23,618 bases of DNA, taken from assembly GCA_039802265.1 (NCBI GenBank), contig JBDRWI010000036.1, positions 1 through 23,618 of the forward strand, read 5' to 3'. This DNA comes from a candidate division WOR-3 bacterium (GTDB taxonomy: Bacteria > Hydrothermota > Tepidihabitantia > SM23-42 > JAOAFX01). Position numbers and translations under genes: made by a program. Position 1 is the first letter of the stretch; each line of letters starts with the position of its first letter. Shown here piece by piece: positions 16,178-23,618 of this stretch. Under the pieces are notes generated by a model. The model was not told the DNA's origin and did no database searches. It saw only the letters and a list, made by a program, of their open reading frames with translations.

Positions 16178-17333
16178 GTACCTGTCCATTCTTTTTTTCG
16201 TTAATTTGTTGGCATTCTTTACAGGCTTCTGCTCCCGCAAGACAGCGATCCAGGAAGCATCCGAAATGGTAAAGAAAGGGAATTATGCCCGTGCAATTAG
16301 GGAATTAAATGTGCTCATAAAAACGGATTCATTGAATCACCTTTTGCACTACAACCTTGCCCTGGCCTATGCCAGTTTAGATTCCCTTAGAAAGGCAAGC
16401 CAACATTTTGTAAAATTGGTGGAGATGAATTCCGAATTAAAAGATAGTATGGTATTGAAATTGAAGATTCTCAACTTGCTCCAGATGGAACCCTATCCAT
16501 CCAGTCCTATTCCTATGGGTAAGATGAACCAGTTTAAAGGTTCACCGGGACCGGATAATGAATTGATTGCTGTTGCCGCCGCAAAACTTGACCGTGCCGA
16601 TATCTACCTCGTGAAACTTGACGGCACAATCGTAAAAAAGATAACCCAGGCGGGTATGAATACTGACCCCGCCTTATCGCCATTGGGAGATAAGATTGCC
16701 TTTGTTTCTGATTCTGATGGCGACGAAGAGATTTTTCTGTATGATATCAAAAAAGACTCAACAATAAAATTAACAAACAACAATAATACTGATTTTTCAC
16801 CCTCTTTTTCACCGGATGGCAAAGAGATTGTATATGTCTCCGACCGTGATAAGAACTGGGAGATTTACAAAATCAACCTTGAAAAGAAATTCGCCCTGAG
16901 ACTAACAAATAATAAATTCTGGGATGGATTTCCTTCTTATACACCTGATGGGAAGTTTATTGTCTTTTCCTCCAGGCGGAATGGCAGTGATGATATTTAT
17001 CTTATGAAGTCAGATGGAAGTGCAGAACAACTGTTATATGCTACAGGTTTTGATGAGACTGACCCTCATCTGGCTGGTGATAATCTTATCTTCCGTTCAA
17101 ATAAGGACGGCGAATTTGAAATCTATCAATATAATATCAAAACCAAAAACCTGCTTCGCTTAACCTATAACAATCTTCCAGATTGGAATCCAAGAGTAAC
17201 TCACGATGGCAAAAAGATTCTGGTCTCAAGAAAGATAAAAAATTACTGGCAACTTTTTTTCATCAATCTTGAAGCTATAATCCCAGCCGAGGTTATTGCC
17301 CAGAAGATTTATACCGAAGGTATCCTGCCATAA
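16158..17333 (+). CDS. TPR plus TolB-like (PD40 repeat) beta-propeller protein, probable lipoprotein
   Basis: Basic/hydrophobic N-terminus ending at Cys25; TPR-like HYNLALAY; repeats PALSPLGDKIAFVSDSDG, PSFSPDGKEIVYVSDR, PSYTPDGKFIVFSSRRNG. Confidence 0.85.
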   Translation: MSKIKVRYLSILFFVNLLAFFTGFCSRKTAIQEASEMVKKGNYARAIRELNVLIKTDSLNHLLHYNLALAYASLDSLRKASQHFVKLVEMNSELKDSMVLKLKILNLLQMEPYPSSPIPMGKMNQFKGSPGPDNELIAVAAAKLDRADIYLVKLDGTIVKKITQAGMNTDPALSPLGDKIAFVSDSDGDEEIFLYDIKKDSTIKLTNNNNTDFSPSFSPDGKEIVYVSDRDKNWEIYKINLEKKFALRLTNNKFWDGFPSYTPDGKFIVFSSRRNGSDDIYLMKSDGSAEQLLYATGFDETDPHLAGDNLIFRSNKDGEFEIYQYNIKTKNLLRLTYNNLPDWNPRVTHDGKKILVSRKIKNYWQLFFINLEAIIPAEVIAQKIYTEGILP

Positions 17334-17344
17334 AGGGGGACAAT

Positions 17345-20020
17345 ATGAAAAAGATTATCTTTTTTATATTTTTCATCCTGGAGGCGGTCCCTTATTGGGA
17401 AAGTCAGGATTTTAAAATGGCAGAAATTGTACCCCGGGCAGAGCCCGTCCTCCCGCAAGTAATAGAATCATTAAGAAGCGACTGGCAAAGATGGAGTTAT
17501 ATCCATGAACTGGTTCAAACTGCCCAGTTTGTAGCATCAATGCAGGTTAGCGATTCTTTAGATCCCGAATTCGGAGGTATAATTGAGGGAGAAGACCAGT
17601 TGGGTATTGTAGAGACTGATAATACCCAGCAGGCAATATGGGTCTGGACAAGATACTATGAAATAACCGGTGATACGACATATTTCCTAAATACCCGTCG
17701 GGCTTGGATTTATATAATGAACCACCCTGCCTATCTTGAAGAAGGAACTGAAAGCGATTATTACCGCGTCTGGAACTGTGGACTGGCTCTTTTTGGTGAA
17801 ACAAAATACCGTCAGACTTTTAATGACACAACCTACCTCTGGTATTCCGATTCCTGTGCCCGTTATATCATCCACCACCCCCTGCCCTTTGATGCGCCCG
17901 ACCCTTATTATCGACGCCTCCATCCCAAGGTTACATCTCTTGTTGCTGGTATGCTCTATCAATATGGGCAAGTGATGGGTAATCAAACTTACTGCGATTC
18001 TGCCCTAAACTGTGGGATGCGTGTGAAGAACTGGATTGAGGAGAATCCATCGGTTAATATCAACGATGAAATCTGGGCAATGTCAGGGGGTACGGCGGTC
18101 TGGGGTCTGTGCCGGTCAATCTTTGATGCAGATACCCTGATGGGTCAATCCTGGCTAAGTACCTATCTTCCCTATATGAAATATTATCAGCCGTCGGGAA
18201 CCTGGAATAATTCCTGGAATATCTGGTATGCCAATGCATACAATTTTTCCGGTCGCATACTGCAAAACGGAACATATCTAAACTATCACCACTCCCTGAC
18301 CGACAGCATGTTAATTCAGGACTATGATGATGATGGAGGAATACCACCTACCCGCTCCTGGAATCAGTACCAGGACCATTCCTGGGTCTCAAATTATATG
18401 GTCTTTATGGGATTTGAAGGCTTGATGGATTCAATCAAAAATTCTGATGCCGGCGTCAGATATCTTTACGCCCGTGGCCCGCGCGATTTTTTCCTTAATG
18501 GAGATTCTTTGCACTTATTTATCATTGCTGCAAATTATGGATTTTTACCCATTACAAATGTAGAAATTTCTCTCAGCGGCGTCTTCTCTGCTGAGACTAC
18601 TTTGGATTTTTCAATTGGTGAAGAAGACACAATTTTCTTCTCCCAGATCTGGATTCCCAATGATACCGGTTATTTCTTATTCACTGGCAACTGTTATCAT
18701 CCTCTTGATGAACGTCATGCGAATGATACAGTCTCAAACACTGTTTACATACGGCCGCTCAGGGTTATAAATGGCACTGTTATTGATACAATCTCAAATT
18801 GTGGTATTTTCGCCAAATTATATTTCCAGTTTATTGATGATACCCTCAATTCATATTTTGACAGCACCCAGACCGATTCACTCACCGGCAATTTCACAGT
18901 CCATTTAATTGATTCAATCTATAATGTCTATGCCTATACCGAAATTCCCTATCCGGACCTGAAAAGGGAATCTGTTTATGTCACTTTGGATTCAATCAGC
19001 AATCTGGATTTCTTTACATCACCTGCGGACTTGGCGATAATAAATCGTGATAACTCAGGACTATATTCCGAATATTATACAGCGCCTCTTGATTCTCTGG
19101 GCATCACAAGCAAGGTGTGGAAGCCAATTATACAGGGATTATTTCCGATTAGCAGAATCAGTGAATTCAATAACAATACCATTATCTGGTTTACAGGCAG
19201 GAGTGTTGTAGACAATGTAACACCTGCGGAGCAAGAAAGTTTAATTGCATTTTTAACTTCTGGAGGCAATCTCCTAATCACGGGTCAGAACATCGGTGAA
19301 GAAATTTCCCAAACCCAGTTTTATCAGTCTTATCTCCACGCCCAACTGGTCAACGATTCAATCTTTTCCTGGAAGTGCTTTCCTGACACCCTCGATTCCC
19401 TCGGACAATCACTTGGGAAATTCCAGACCACTGGTTATGGTGGTGCCCAGAATCAATACTCAAGGGACCTAATTGACACTGATGGTCTTGCCCACAGGTT
19501 TTTGTTTTACGATTCACTATTAACAGATTGTGCTGGAATCTGGTATCACGACCCACTATTGAATTATAAGACAATCTATCTCGGTTTTGGACTGGAGGCA
19601 GTGAAAAAGGCGCCCTGGCCAGGATATGTCTCAAGAAAGTATTTACTACAAAAGTTTCTGAACTGGTTTGGACTGACCGGCATTGAGGAGGGTAATTTAC
19701 AATTAGCGATTTTCGTCCGGTGTCCATTACAGGTCTACCCCAATCCATTCAAAAATCACTGCACCATCAAATTTGAAATTCTAAACCCGCAATCCGAAAC
19801 AAATTCTAATCTCCAAAATCCAAAACTTGCTCCTTTAAAAATCTACGATGCGACAGGCAGATTGGTCAAGTCATTTAACCATTTAACCATTCAATCATTT
19901 AACCAGGTAATCTGGGATGGCAGAGATGAACTTGGCCGTAACCTTCCATCCGGCGTCTACTTTGTGCATTTAGAGACCGCCGATTACCGAAAAGTAAAAA
20001 AGGTGGTTTTATTAAGATAG
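17345..20020 (+). CDS. Large secreted multidomain protein with T9SS type-A/FlgD-Ig-like CTD (891 aa)
   Basis: SD AAAGGGGG; signal peptide; N-terminal Trp-rich helical region (alpha/alpha-toroid-like, inferred); beta-sandwich regions; FLTSGGNLLITGQ domain; CTD VYPNPF...LKIYDATGRLV...WDGRDELG...SGVYFV...KVVLLR. Confidence 0.9.
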   Translation: MKKIIFFIFFILEAVPYWESQDFKMAEIVPRAEPVLPQVIESLRSDWQRWSYIHELVQTAQFVASMQVSDSLDPEFGGIIEGEDQLGIVETDNTQQAIWVWTRYYEITGDTTYFLNTRRAWIYIMNHPAYLEEGTESDYYRVWNCGLALFGETKYRQTFNDTTYLWYSDSCARYIIHHPLPFDAPDPYYRRLHPKVTSLVAGMLYQYGQVMGNQTYCDSALNCGMRVKNWIEENPSVNINDEIWAMSGGTAVWGLCRSIFDADTLMGQSWLSTYLPYMKYYQPSGTWNNSWNIWYANAYNFSGRILQNGTYLNYHHSLTDSMLIQDYDDDGGIPPTRSWNQYQDHSWVSNYMVFMGFEGLMDSIKNSDAGVRYLYARGPRDFFLNGDSLHLFIIAANYGFLPITNVEISLSGVFSAETTLDFSIGEEDTIFFSQIWIPNDTGYFLFTGNCYHPLDERHANDTVSNTVYIRPLRVINGTVIDTISNCGIFAKLYFQFIDDTLNSYFDSTQTDSLTGNFTVHLIDSIYNVYAYTEIPYPDLKRESVYVTLDSISNLDFFTSPADLAIINRDNSGLYSEYYTAPLDSLGITSKVWKPIIQGLFPISRISEFNNNTIIWFTGRSVVDNVTPAEQESLIAFLTSGGNLLITGQNIGEEISQTQFYQSYLHAQLVNDSIFSWKCFPDTLDSLGQSLGKFQTTGYGGAQNQYSRDLIDTDGLAHRFLFYDSLLTDCAGIWYHDPLLNYKTIYLGFGLEAVKKAPWPGYVSRKYLLQKFLNWFGLTGIEEGNLQLAIFVRCPLQVYPNPFKNHCTIKFEILNPQSETNSNLQNPKLAPLKIYDATGRLVKSFNHLTIQSFNQVIWDGRDELGRNLPSGVYFVHLETADYRKVKKVVLLR

Positions 20021-20051
20021 CCCACCAGAGGTTTAACCGTAGAAACCCAAC

Positions 20052-20087
20052 ACCGTGCTTCTTTGCATAAAGAAGGATGGTTTTTTT
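20052..20087 (+). terminator. Rho-independent terminator
   Basis: accgtgcttcttt-gcat-aaagaaggatggt stem followed by T7 (20081-20087), ~30 nt after the stop. Confidence 0.8.
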
Positions 20088-20243
20088 AAAAAATTCACAG
20101 AGTGTATGCCACGAACGACAATTCCACAAATTCGCATTTCTGGACAGATGATCGGCAAAAATAAAATTAAATGGTGTTACCATTGATAAATGTTCAGCCT
20201 GGCTTAGAGCACAAACCTTTGCATCTCTTATTGTACCTGGATA

Positions 20244-20271
20244 TTGCCGGATGGCAAATTATGGATATAAT
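20244..20271 (+). promoter_or_regulatory. sigma70-type promoter TTGCCG-N16-TATAAT
   Basis: -35 at 20244-20249, -10 at 20266-20271; same spacer as the other four promoters. Confidence 0.55.
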
Positions 20272-20321
20272 TTATCATTATTTAAGAAGGGAAAAATGGT
20301 AAGGGAAGTTATTTGCAATAA

Positions 20322-20335
20322 CTCTCTCTCTCTCT
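20322..20335 (+). repeat. Dinucleotide repeat (CT)7
   Basis: Read directly from the sequence; lies in small ORF 20296-20433. Confidence 0.9.
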
Positions 20336-20394
20336 GGTATATTTCTGTTCTTTTTAGCACACTACAAAATTGGATTACGCAACACCAAGAGGCA

Positions 20395-20443
20395 ACCCTC
20401 ACCCCTGCCCTCTCCCTTGAAGGGAGAGGATGAAGGTGAGGGT
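20395..20443. repeat. Palindromic CCCTCACCC/CCCTCTCCC REP-like element
   Basis: accctcacc (20395-20403)/ggtgagggt (20435-20443) enclosing cctctccct-tga-agggagagg; same family as 5822-5911. Confidence 0.75.
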
Positions 20444-20473
20444 GAAAGGAGGCAAGGTGAAATATTTTAATAC

Positions 20474-20573
20474 AAATCCGAAATCCGAAGCACGAAATTC
20501 GAAACAAGTCCCAATATCTAAATTCCAATGTTTCAAACTATTTAAAGTTTTGAGATTTGGTGCTTGGGATTTT
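20474..20573. repeat. Heptamer-based inverted-repeat element (AAATCCG-type)
   Basis: aaatccg-aaatccg-aagcacg-aaattcg-aaacaag... left arm; right arm ttttgagatttggtgcttgggattt is an imperfect reverse complement; left arm matches coding DNA at 5275-5322 and 19776-19823. Confidence 0.75.
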
Positions 20574-20659
20574 TAACAAGGATTACTGACCATATTGGGT
20601 ATCTGTATTTTAGGTATAATTTGCCAGAAAAAGAATGGTGAGAACCATTGGAGGTTTCT

Positions 20660-21304
20660 ATGATTAAGGTGGGTCAGTCATTATTTATTGCAACTTTAAT
20701 TTTAATTGCAATTTCATTTCAGGGATGTCCAAGTGTGGAAGACCCCGATATCAAGATATATGCTGAAGTTGATTGTATGAAGGGCTAAAAACCAACAATA
20801 AAATTAGCCCATAAATGGATATCGGCGGTGACAAAAAATTATCCTGGTGAACGAAGGGCTCTTTATGATAAATATGATGAAACAGCTTTAACTCCTCAAA
20901 ACAACATTGACCAAGTTGATTTATGGAATCTGTGTAAGGACCATGATAATTTATCAGCTGACGAAAGTTGGTGGGTATATGCTATCGGAGTGAAAAAAAT
21001 CGACAACAATACAATGAAATTTGGCAAGACAAATATAATAAATGGGTCCCCTATTTCTCCTGACGACCAGGGATATTCAGCTGTTGCTATCAGAAGTATT
21101 GAAGATTATTGTTCCCAATATGAAACCGAAGACGAAGGGATAGAAAGTGTGACCGCCCATGAAATTTTTCATCAATTTTGGGTTCATCCCTATGATCACT
21201 GTTCAAACCCTTATTGTATAATGTATCAATATCTTAACAGGTTAAACCCGCAGAGTGACCTTTGTGATGATTGTCAAGATCAACTTCGGACAGGTCAACC
21301 ATAA
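20660..21304 (+). pseudogene. Lipoprotein zinc metallopeptidase (archaemetzincin/M54-like) interrupted by one in-frame TAA
   Basis: SD GGAGG 20650-20654, ATG 20660, signal peptide ending SFQG-C23, TAA at 20786-20788 (codon 43), same frame continues into track ORF 20828-21304 with HEIFH...HC-x4-CxM-x13-CxxC. Confidence 0.75.
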
Positions 21305-21316
21305 AGGAGGTATTCG

Positions 21317-22291
21317 ATGAAAACCGACAGAATAATTTTGTGTTTAGCCTTGTTAAACTTTATATCAAAGTGTGCAGCATATGATTGGAAAAAATGGCAA
21401 GAGGAATTAGAATTAAGCTATCCAGAGCAATTTACATTTGATTTAGAATTGGAAAAGGACTCAATAATAGAAGGAGAACCTATTATTGTATCCTGCCACA
21501 TTGTGAATCATTCATCTAAAATTGCCAGGATTATTTTTCCGCCTCTTAATAGAAAAGAAGCTTTGCACTACTACACGATAAATTTCTACGTTAAAGAAGA
21601 TACCATAGCCTATATCTACGCCCCCTACGTTCATGCTGATATAGGGATTGAACCTGCCCAAGAAAAATTACTACTGCCCGGTGATACAATGTTCCTAAAT
21701 GGCATATTATATCCCGATAATTTCTGGAGTTATAAGGAACGAAAAAGAGTCGCATTATTACCAAATATTTACAAGCTTTGGGCGAGAATTCACTTAGGTG
21801 TGAAATTTTATCCAAGACCTGCTCGTGATTTACGCATCGTTTCAGATTCGGTTAAGTTTAGTATTAAAGCTTCTTCAATAAAAGAAAAGCAAGAATTAAA
21901 CACAATCTCTCCGTATCTGAGAGAATTTTTTGGTTATTGTGAAGAAACGGATATACCTGATTCCTCTCGCAATGCAGCTTATCCTAAACTTGATAAAATA
22001 CGAAAAACCGATTCTTATCTGGCGCCATATGCAGAATTTGTTTACATAGGATTGTTGGCTTTTGATAAGGACCGAGAAAAGTTAGATAAAGGAATTATTG
22101 AAGCGCAAAGATTTCTGAAAAAACACACAAGTTCAATTCTTGGTGAAGAAATGGAGTTTCTTCTGGCGAAGATGTTCTATCGCAAAGCAGGAATAAGTGA
22201 TGAATTTAAGAAACAAGCTCGACATCTACTTGAAAAATACCCTAAGAATATTAATTGTTTTGAAATCAAAAAACTTCTGGAGGAAAAATGA
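21317..22291 (+). CDS. Secreted hypothetical protein (Ig-like N-half, helical/TPR-like C-half)
   Basis: SD AAAGGAGG; signal peptide; LELEKDSIIEGEPIIVSCHIVN Ig-like start; FLKKHTSS...FLLAKMFY...LLEKYP TPR-like end. Confidence 0.75.
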   Translation: MKTDRIILCLALLNFISKCAAYDWKKWQEELELSYPEQFTFDLELEKDSIIEGEPIIVSCHIVNHSSKIARIIFPPLNRKEALHYYTINFYVKEDTIAYIYAPYVHADIGIEPAQEKLLLPGDTMFLNGILYPDNFWSYKERKRVALLPNIYKLWARIHLGVKFYPRPARDLRIVSDSVKFSIKASSIKEKQELNTISPYLREFFGYCEETDIPDSSRNAAYPKLDKIRKTDSYLAPYAEFVYIGLLAFDKDREKLDKGIIEAQRFLKKHTSSILGEEMEFLLAKMFYRKAGISDEFKKQARHLLEKYPKNINCFEIKKLLEEK

Positions 22292-23618
22292 AAATAAGGA
22301 TATTTGCTATATTTTGTACCTGCATAATCAATCTCTATGCTAAGTTAATGTCCGTACCTTTTATTACTGAACCTGATTCAATACAGCGATTGGGATGGGA
22401 ATGCTGCACGGAGCATATGCATTGTCACATCTTTAGCAGTATTTATGGTATATCGCTTGCTAATTTACGGACAGATCGAAAAAAATGGCTTTCTATAATG
22501 ACCGATCCCAGTTTGAGTCGGATAATCTATGGACTTGGGAAAGATGAAGATGGTGTGCGTGAGGGTCTATTCCTAAAACCATATCCAAGCGCTCCTATGG
22601 GTTATACACATTTCAATAGCCCCTATGGCATTTGCATTGATACTGCGCTTTATTTGGGAAATCAAAATTGGACATTTATTTATGTGGTGGATGGAGGAAA
22701 TAACCGTATTGTTAGATTAAAATACGACGCTGCTGCGGAGAGCCTTGTTCATCACGACTATATTAGTGAAGGTTTTTTTAATAAACCGCGGGGTATTTCT
22801 TGTGTAGCAGATCCTATCGGCGGCTCATATATAGTAGTCGCCGACGCAGGAAACAATCGGATAGTTATTTATAAAATGAATCCGGATGGCAGTTATGTAT
22901 TGAAAATGAATTACGGCACTGAAGGAAATGGGGTTGGGCAATTTAAGTTTCCACAGGGCGTTTCGATCTCACAGGAGCCAGGTCAGCAAGGTAACTACTA
23001 CATTTATGTAGCTGATAAGAAAAATCACCGATTAGTTTGCTTAAAATATTTTGCAACAGATAATACCATTGAATGGAGAAATGTATATAACGATCCTGGT
23101 GACAGCGCGTGGTTTTGTGGTATTGTATCAAATCCTTTCTATTGTGTGTATACTACCGATTGTAGAAATCACAAAATTTGGGTTTTCACGCCAGAATTAA
23201 CTGAACTGCTATACACTTATGGAGAAGAAGGTTATGGAACAGGTCAATTTGAATCGCCGACTGACATCTGCATTATTGGTGATGAAATCGCCATTACTGA
23301 AGATTGGACAGCGACAACCGGTATTCAGTATTTCAAAATTATCCCCGAAATTCGGGAGTTTTATCCTGAGCCACAGAATTTTGATGCAACTGAGGATTCA
23401 GTAAAGATAAACTTTCGGGTTGATGAGACTGCACATTATCTGACAATGGAAGTGGCAGGTAGGAAGATTTTTGAAAATCAATATTTTGTGCCTGGTCATT
23501 ACTCAGTTTACTGGGACGGCAGGGGGGCTGATGGTAAGGTAGTTCTGCCGGGGAATTATACAATAAGGATTAGGTGTCAGCAAGAGGTGATTGCCACAGC
23601 AGGGGTGACAGTCAAAGG
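22288..23618 (+). CDS. 3'-truncated secreted NHL-repeat beta-propeller protein with internal FlgD-Ig-like domain (absent from ORF track)
   Basis: ATG 22288 overlaps the upstream TGA (ATGA); open to window end; MKIRIFAIFCTCIINLYA signal; NHL repeats FNSPYGI...YVVDGGNNRI, FNKPRGI...VADAGNNRI, GQFKFPQGV...YVADKKNHRL, GQFESPTDI; WDGRGADGKVVLPGNYTI. Confidence 0.9.
   Translation, partial: MKIRIFAIFCTCIINLYAKLMSVPFITEPDSIQRLGWECCTEHMHCHIFSSIYGISLANLRTDRKKWLSIMTDPSLSRIIYGLGKDEDGVREGLFLKPYPSAPMGYTHFNSPYGICIDTALYLGNQNWTFIYVVDGGNNRIVRLKYDAAAESLVHHDYISEGFFNKPRGISCVADPIGGSYIVVADAGNNRIVIYKMNPDGSYVLKMNYGTEGNGVGQFKFPQGVSISQEPGQQGNYYIYVADKKNHRLVCLKYFATDNTIEWRNVYNDPGDSAWFCGIVSNPFYCVYTTDCRNHKIWVFTPELTELLYTYGEEGYGTGQFESPTDICIIGDEIAITEDWTATTGIQYFKIIPEIREFYPEPQNFDATEDSVKINFRVDETAHYLTMEVAGRKIFENQYFVPGHYSVYWDGRGADGKVVLPGNYTIRIRCQQEVIATAGVTVK

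Noticed and set aside
16158..17333. True tolB of a Tol-Pal system
   Set aside because: Has a TPR N-terminus instead of the TolB N-domain, and no tolQRA or pal nearby.
5275..20528. Diversity-generating retroelement template/variable repeat pair
   Set aside because: Mismatches between the copies are not restricted to adenines, the match is under 50 nt, and no reverse transcriptase is in the window.
20786..20788. Alternative genetic code (TAA reassignment)
   Set aside because: TAA terminates several intact genes here (e.g. 5520-5522, 13296-13298, 13883-13885).
1022..23563. Many short 60-153 aa overlapping or antisense ORFs in the track
   Set aside because: They overlap well-supported genes or repeats, lack motifs and look like shadow ORFs.

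Overview
AT-rich bacterial DNA. Gene content resembles FCB-related candidate phyla such as WOR-3; this is an inference from content, not a determined taxonomy. A core housekeeping block (7.5-17.3 kb) holds a minus-strand operon (DUF72, TGS-domain DRG/Obg-like GTPase, thiL, MFS transporter) divergent from a plus-strand run (tandem PATAN/DUF4388-like protein, rsmI, CDP-alcohol phosphatidyltransferase, hflX, RqcP/YabO-like S4 protein, pdxA-like, TPR+TolB-like protein). It is flanked by large secreted proteins ending in T9SS type-A/FlgD-Ig-like C-terminal domains (CTDs), and by a 3' operon of a stop-interrupted lipoprotein zinc protease, a secreted protein and an NHL-repeat protein. The most unusual signals are at DNA level. 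(1) A leader with promoter, uORF, (ACTTT)4 repeat and a ~147-nt hairpin that pairs over the SD of the 971-aa gene, plus a second promoter/uORF/(CT)7 leader at 20.2 kb. (2) CTD variable loops built from 7-/8-nt tandem repeats and a palindrome, one also present as a free intergenic element. (3) Five sigma70-like promoters all with a 16-nt spacer, three apparently leaderless. No CRISPR, rRNA, tRNA, transposase or reverse transcriptase was seen.
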